Source of the DNA: Candidatus Lloydbacteria bacterium RIFCSPHIGHO2_02_FULL_50_18
GTDB taxonomy: Bacteria; Patescibacteriota; Minisyncoccia; Phycocordibacterales; UBA6899
NCBI GenBank assembly: GCA_001821395.1
Contig: MHLM01000004.1
Location: forward strand, 1 to 64,000
DNA: 64,000 bases
Direction of reading: 5' to 3'
Part shown: positions 58,924 to 64,000 of the stretch, piece by piece
Position numbering within the stretch: the stretch's first letter is position 1
How the letters are laid out: each line of letters starts with the position of its first letter
Translations under genes and position numbers: made by a program
Notes under the pieces: generated by a model
Database searches by the model: none
The model's input: only the letters and a program-made list of their open reading frames with translations
What the model was told of the DNA's origin: nothing

Positions 58924-59403
58924 TCATGAAAGTTTTCCGGAGAAGAATAAGCGTCGAAGGATGCAGGGAATGAGGAGTATATTCCCCAGCAGAAAGAGTA
59001 GCGACCCCATCCATCGGCAAATGTCTCCGATGCTGACGAGATTGACTCCTCCCTCGAAAGGGTAGTCGAGCCATTTGCCCCACCACCTGATCGCGATACC
59101 TGGCGCGCCTTCCGGTATGTACTTCTCCCAATCGGGGAAATCGACCCGAATATGATCTGCGAGAAAGAGCAGCTTTCCGTCGGAAACGAATTTGCGCGGA
59201 GTCCCGTAGTTGGTCATGATAAATCCGGGTGTTTCAGAAATGACCGGCATAACTCCGTCGTTCACTTCGACCACAACTCCGTTCATGACGATCCCCCATG
59301 CATTCAATGCCAGGCCGGTCACAACAAGAAGGGCGAGCATGGTATCAACGAGACCCCACATCGTACGATCTCTCGTCAAAGAGAGTGTGTTTTTCAATCC
59401 CAC
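58924..59403 (-). CDS. hypothetical membrane protein (N- and C-terminal TM segments)
   Basis: Complete ORF; no family confidently recognised. Confidence 0.45.
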   Translation of the reverse strand: MGLKNTLSLTRDRTMWGLVDTMLALLVVTGLALNAWGIVMNGVVVEVNDGVMPVISETPGFIMTNYGTPRKFVSDGKLLFLADHIRVDFPDWEKYIPEGAPGIAIRWWGKWLDYPFEGGVNLVSIGDICRWMGSLLFLLGNILLIPCILRRLFFSGKLS

Positions 59404-59581
59404 TGAAGTCTCCTGTGTAATTTATCTAGTGTAATTATATCTCAATTTATTCAATTTGTCAATAATACCGTAATACTTCGTAAGACTCGTATGGTCTTTC
59501 GGACGTCGGAAAACGTTGGAGATGAGTCATGATGGGCTTGTTGTTCTTTACATTTTGTTTCTCACGTGTTACTCATAGTTT

Positions 59582-60274
59582 ATGTCGAAACACCAACAAT
59601 TCTGGGATAGAGAGTATAAGACATCTGAATACTTAATGCTTTCCGATGAACCGGCTGAAGATCTGGAGAAGTTTTGCCGTTTCCTTGAACGTAATCACGG
59701 GAAGAAATATTTGAACGTCACCACACGCGTGCTCGATCTCGGGTGCGGTAACGGCCGCAACCTCATTTATCTTGTGCAGAATTACGGAATGCGAGGAGTA
59801 GGGTACGACATTTCCGGCGAGGGGATCAAAATAGCGAAACGCGCGTCAGCGGAGCTTCCGATCGTTTATACTGCGCGGACGATCGAAGGAACGATTGATA
59901 TGCCCGATCATTCGGTGGATATCGTCCTCGATATGATGACTTCGCACTTCCTTCGGGAGAAGGAGCGTGAAGCATTGCGTAATGAGATACTGCGGGTGTT
60001 GAAACCCGGCGGATGGCTCTTTTTTAAATCTTTTCTTGCCGAAGAGGACATGCATGTGAAGCGTCTGCTGAAGGAAAATCCCGCTGATGAAAAAGACTCC
60101 TATATCCACCCGGAACTTGGTCTTTATGAACACGTGTGGACAGGAGAGTCGCTCCATGAGTTTTTTTCGGCTGATTTTATGATTGAGAAGATCGAACGTT
60201 CATTCAAGCATATTCGTGACGGGAAGCCATGGAAGAGACGTACAGTATCGGTATATCTACGAAAGCCATTTTAG
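59582..60274 (+). CDS. class I SAM-dependent methyltransferase
   Basis: Motif I VLDLGCGNGRN, motif post-I GYDIS, motif II IVLD. Confidence 0.8.
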   Translation: MSKHQQFWDREYKTSEYLMLSDEPAEDLEKFCRFLERNHGKKYLNVTTRVLDLGCGNGRNLIYLVQNYGMRGVGYDISGEGIKIAKRASAELPIVYTARTIEGTIDMPDHSVDIVLDMMTSHFLREKEREALRNEILRVLKPGGWLFFKSFLAEEDMHVKRLLKENPADEKDSYIHPELGLYEHVWTGESLHEFFSADFMIEKIERSFKHIRDGKPWKRRTVSVYLRKPF

Positions 60275-60394
60275 AAAAAAGACCCCAAGCGGGTCTTTTT
60301 TGACACCAAAAAGATTCTCTTGCAAAACGGTGGCACTTCGTTAGGATGATGTCAGATTGTTGTTTTACAGATTCTTCATTATGGGAGGTATGAC

Positions 60395-63013
60395 ATGTGG
60401 CCATTTAAACCTCGTAAGGAAACGCCTGAGGAAAAAAAAGAGAGCGGAGACCGGCGCGAATCGGACTTGTTCAAACGGCTCTTTCTCGCGACGTGGAACT
60501 TCATCGTTGGTATCGTGTGTTTTTTCGGACGATTGGTGAGACGATTTCTCGTCACTGTTGGTGTTATGGTGCTCCTCATCGGAGGGTGCTACTTCTTTGC
60601 CGAAGACATCATTCGCGGAATAGACAATTGGAAACCGCAATTCTTCGATGCACACATCGGAAGTGATCGGGTAGCAGTCTCGCGATTGCATGACCCCGGA
60701 TACTTTGCCGAGCAAACGGACTTTGTGTCTGAGGACCAACGGTCGGTTGCGTGTATCTCATCGCCGGAGCGCCGCGTGCTCATCACTGATCCCGCTGCTA
60801 TCCCGCCGTTATTCAAAGATGCGATCATCGCATCCGAGGACAAACGTTTTTATGAACACGAAGGTGTTGATAAGGAGGGCGTGATACGAGCAACGATCAA
60901 GCGATATTTCTTGCACACGAGTTCATCGGGTGCGTCGACGCTGACTATGCAGATGGCCAAAGACCTTCGCCACGGTGCCGGTCGCGCGTCTACTCCAAAA
61001 GAGAAGGTGGGCGATATCATCATGGCGTTGCGCATCGAGCAAGAGTTTTCCAAAGGGCAGCTGCTCGAAAAATATACGAACACCCCATACTTGGGGCGCG
61101 GGGCGTACGGGATCGAGGCCGCAAGCCGTGTGTATTTCGGTAGACCGGCGAAAGACCTCAAGCTGCACCAGGTTGCGTTCATTGTCTCATTGATCAACAA
61201 GCCGGGACTTCCGGACCGTTCGTTCGCGAACGATCGTTCGGCGAAGACTCGTGAGCAGGTCCGTGCCGCGAATTGGCAAGAGGTGAAGCATGGAACGCGT
61301 CGTGTGCTTGAGCTTATGTCCGATGAAGAAAAGATCACTGCCGATGACTATACACGTGCGGCGGATGCTATCGACAATAGTTTACGCGCGGAAGTATTAC
61401 CGCGCGGAACGAACTGTGGTACGAATGGCTACTTTGCCGAATACGTGCGTCAAGACTTGATCAAGCGTGGTTTTCGCGTCGATAAGGGTGGCTTCACCGT
61501 GCCGATCACTCGTGATGACGGTATTCAGGATGCGCTTGAAAAAGCCGTGAACATGACGACGAACACGTATCTTGCCCGACATGTTGGCGATCCGGATAAC
61601 GGAGAGTTGCGTGCCGGTGCGGTGGCGATCGAGTTTACCGGGGACGTGCTTGGTGAGGTTGGGAATATCGACTTCAGAAAATTCAAGTATGACGTGATGG
61701 CGCAAGGTTTTCGTTCGCCCGGTTCGACATTCAAGCCGTTCGTATACGCTGGGCTGATCGAACGATTGGTGGAAGAAGCGCTTGCTGCAGATCATCCACC
61801 TGAAACACTTGATGACATCGTCGCGGAGGTGACAAGAAAATGTGTTGTGCTTGATGCCCCGATCGCTGTAGGGATGGGGCGTGGTCGTGCACCAAAATGG
61901 ATCCAAAATTTTCACTCGAACAGTGAACCTTTGTATCGAGGACAGATCTCTTGCTCCCTTGCGATTGCAGAATCGCGGAATGCCGCAGCAATGCGAGCCG
62001 GACAGCAGGCGGGCATAAAGAATGTACTGAGTCTCCTGTACGATCGTTTGGGGATGCCGAGAGATCCGAACCATGTGTGTCTTCCATACCCAACGACCGC
62101 AATCGGTGCTTGTGACATGAATCCGCTCAGAATGTCCGTTGCTGCCGCGCTTGCAAATGGCGGATTTAAAGTTACGCCGCGATTCATGAACGATGTTTGC
62201 AAGGGTGGAAAGTCGTTGCTCTATAAAGATGACAATGGCGGACAGCGGGATTGTGATACGAAAGGTGATCATCGTGAGCCCTTGGAGCGCGTTATTCATC
62301 CTGCGGTCGCAGCAACGACCATTGAGATGCTGAGAGGCCCTCTTGACCAGCCAACGGGCACTGTGCACAGCTTGCGTACCGGTATTATTCCGGGGCTTGA
62401 TCCGCTCAGTCCTGAGACATGGAAGATAAAGCCCGCCGACAAAAAGAAACGGCAACTCGTATTTTCCATTGAAGAAGCGGGAGAGATCGCCGGGAAGACT
62501 GGTACTGCGACGAATGCAGACGGACGCACCTCCGATGTATGGCTCCTCTTGTTCATTCCCGGTCCGACTGCACAGCCGGAAAAAGGGATCATGCTCATCT
62601 TCTGGATGGGCAAGGACTCGAAGGATCATCCGCTCGGTGAGCGCGGGTCTACCGGAGGCAAAGGGTTTGCCGAAACAGGTGGGCGCAATTGGACCCATTC
62701 AGCAGCAACAGTGCTCGCATTCCTGCAAAAAGAGCGCGGATACCTCCAGCCCGGATTCAAGTTCCAGCCCATGATGAAGGATGAAGTGCTCTTGGGTTTT
62801 GAAGCCAAGAGATACACTGAGCCACAGCAGGAGGTCTATCCAGAGCCCGATGGGACCCCCGTTGATGGTTCGGTGGTCATTGATCCATCGGATCCGGCAA
62901 CACCCCCGGAGCTTCTTAAGGAACTTCCGGAAGAAGAGCTATCGGAACTTCCCTCCTCTACGGCCTCTGCGCCGATAGATGGAGAGCAGCCACCGGCTAT
63001 GCTGAAGGATTGA
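60395..63013 (+). CDS. class A penicillin-binding protein (PBP1A-type bifunctional transglycosylase/transpeptidase)
   Basis: N-terminal TM; GT51 motifs IASEDKRFYEHEGVD, GASTLTMQMAKDL, KYTNTPYLGRGAYGIEAAS; transpeptidase SPGSTFKPF, KTGTA. Confidence 0.9.
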   Translation: MWPFKPRKETPEEKKESGDRRESDLFKRLFLATWNFIVGIVCFFGRLVRRFLVTVGVMVLLIGGCYFFAEDIIRGIDNWKPQFFDAHIGSDRVAVSRLHDPGYFAEQTDFVSEDQRSVACISSPERRVLITDPAAIPPLFKDAIIASEDKRFYEHEGVDKEGVIRATIKRYFLHTSSSGASTLTMQMAKDLRHGAGRASTPKEKVGDIIMALRIEQEFSKGQLLEKYTNTPYLGRGAYGIEAASRVYFGRPAKDLKLHQVAFIVSLINKPGLPDRSFANDRSAKTREQVRAANWQEVKHGTRRVLELMSDEEKITADDYTRAADAIDNSLRAEVLPRGTNCGTNGYFAEYVRQDLIKRGFRVDKGGFTVPITRDDGIQDALEKAVNMTTNTYLARHVGDPDNGELRAGAVAIEFTGDVLGEVGNIDFRKFKYDVMAQGFRSPGSTFKPFVYAGLIERLVEEALAADHPPETLDDIVAEVTRKCVVLDAPIAVGMGRGRAPKWIQNFHSNSEPLYRGQISCSLAIAESRNAAAMRAGQQAGIKNVLSLLYDRLGMPRDPNHVCLPYPTTAIGACDMNPLRMSVAAALANGGFKVTPRFMNDVCKGGKSLLYKDDNGGQRDCDTKGDHREPLERVIHPAVAATTIEMLRGPLDQPTGTVHSLRTGIIPGLDPLSPETWKIKPADKKKRQLVFSIEEAGEIAGKTGTATNADGRTSDVWLLLFIPGPTAQPEKGIMLIFWMGKDSKDHPLGERGSTGGKGFAETGGRNWTHSAATVLAFLQKERGYLQPGFKFQPMMKDEVLLGFEAKRYTEPQQEVYPEPDGTPVDGSVVIDPSDPATPPELLKELPEEELSELPSSTASAPIDGEQPPAMLKD

Positions 63014-63038
63014 GCAATAGCGTATCTTTGTTTGACCC

Positions 63039-63071
63039 ACTCCGAGTATGAATATACTCGGAGTTTTTTTG
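63039..63071 (+). terminator. rho-independent terminator after the PBP gene
   Basis: actccgagtat-gaat-atactcggagt then TTTTTTT. Confidence 0.7.
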
Positions 63072-63199
63072 TATTTACCATTATGAAAAGTATATCGGTC
63101 GATATATATTACATAATTGTTTTCATGGGTATGGGGCAGGTTGCTTTTTTGTGTATGAACGTTAGTGTGGAGAGAGAATCGTTTTTTGAAAAGGCATTC

Positions 63200-64000
63200 A
63201 TGCAAAAGATCATTTTACGGATCATTGCGGTACTGATGTGCAGTGCCCCGCTTCATGCACTCTGTGCGAATGAAGCTGTGGAGCCACTGTCTCGTGCCGA
63301 ATACATCCTCGCAAAGATCAAAGAAGGTGATGCAGTCTGTGCGAACGCCCCGCTTACTCCAGCGGTCGAAGTTGATGTCGAAAAGGGAGTTAAAAATAGT
63401 GCGCCTACGAGCCGCATTACTGAGCGCCCAGTCGTACTTTGTGCATATAGTGAGCAAATGAAGACTTGGCAGGTCATAGAATTGCGCATGCAATATCCTG
63501 TGCCGAAGGATTACGTTACGTGTGTGAAAAACGCACCGACCATCGATCTCCGCAAGGATTGCGTTTTGCCTTACCGGGTGGTGACTCCCGGCTACCGCGT
63601 CCTCCACCTTCGTGGGTATGGAATCACGCGGATGATTTTCGATGTGTATGCGGACAATGCGTCGAGTGAGAAACTCACCGTATATCGCACGCGGCACCTG
63701 TGGCTCGATGATGTTGCGCTTGCATCGGGTGATGTCGAGCGCATTATCGCCACGGCTGGTGCAAAAAATTACACGCCGTATCATCCTGATCTCGGCGATC
63801 CCGAATTGGTAGACATTGGTACGCAATTCTTGTATGAGACGATAGCGGCGGTGAGACAAGAGCTGGGTAGTGACGTGTCGGACCCACTAACGGTCCGCTC
63901 ACGGGCGTTCCCCGATCGTGCGCTTGCGGACGTCGTTCCTTGGGAGACACCCTTGGCGCTTGCGGTCATCGAGCAGATGGACGACAAAACATTTCTCGAA
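63200..64000 (+). CDS. secreted hypothetical protein (runs past the right window edge)
   Basis: Read by hand as a stop-free frame from ATG 63200 with signal peptide MQKIILRIIAVLMCSAPLHA; not in the track because incomplete; antisense track ORF 63215..63859 rejected. Confidence 0.5.
   Translation, partial: MQKIILRIIAVLMCSAPLHALCANEAVEPLSRAEYILAKIKEGDAVCANAPLTPAVEVDVEKGVKNSAPTSRITERPVVLCAYSEQMKTWQVIELRMQYPVPKDYVTCVKNAPTIDLRKDCVLPYRVVTPGYRVLHLRGYGITRMIFDVYADNASSEKLTVYRTRHLWLDDVALASGDVERIIATAGAKNYTPYHPDLGDPELVDIGTQFLYETIAAVRQELGSDVSDPLTVRSRAFPDRALADVVPWETPLALAVIEQMDDKTFLE

Noticed and set aside
61397-62698. 433-aa minus-strand ORF inside the PBP gene
   Set aside because: The sense strand carries all GT51 and transpeptidase motifs; a long antisense ORF is expected by chance in a GC-rich stop-poor frame
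63215-63859. 214-aa minus-strand ORF at the right edge
   Set aside because: A plus-strand stop-free frame from ATG 63200 with a signal peptide runs to the window end; the minus ORF is Arg/Cys/His-rich and looks spurious

Overview
This 64-kb window looks like bacterial chromosome of a small-genome, Patescibacteria/CPR-like organism. The lineage call is inference from gene content: many type IV pilus genes, cohesin/dockerin surface proteins and weak Shine-Dalgarno sites. Housekeeping genes seen: smpB, ftsH, dut, recG, apbE, ligA, gatCA, a class A PBP and several tRNAs. They are interleaved with four kinds of accessory material. (1) At the left, an island at about 1.9-8.9 kb encodes a Z1-domain SF2-like P-loop ATPase next to a C5-cytosine DNA methyltransferase (a restriction-modification-like pair), a membrane protein, a large serine recombinase and a GIY-YIG nuclease. 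The island also carries iteron-like and palindromic repeat arrays that are candidate recombination or regulatory sites. (2) A minus-strand block runs ECF sigma / anti-sigma, HlyD-type adaptor, MacB-type ABC ATPase and permease, then an exported FMN-binding protein with ApbE. (3) A two-component system precedes a 1884-aa repetitive surface protein with a C-terminal dockerin-like module and a cohesin-like membrane-anchored partner. (4) A long type IV pilus/competence locus: comF, pilM/N/O-like, pilB, a CheY-like regulator, pilT, pilC, a major pilin, pilD and four pseudopilins, with an ABC-2 exporter inserted in it. The most unusual material sits at three tRNA loci. One holds a Russian-doll arrangement of tRNA 5' and 3' halves nested around an intact tRNA-Ile(UAU). 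A conserved roughly 112-nt hairpin-rich element is inserted at the same D-loop position of two tRNA pseudo-copies, with compensatory base changes between copies. Intact tRNA-Thr genes are preceded by partial 5' duplicates, tRNA-Ser is followed by multiple 3'-end fragment copies, and inverted copies of tRNA 3' ends lie just downstream of tRNA-Ser and tRNA-Asp. No CRISPR array, rRNA or tmRNA was seen.
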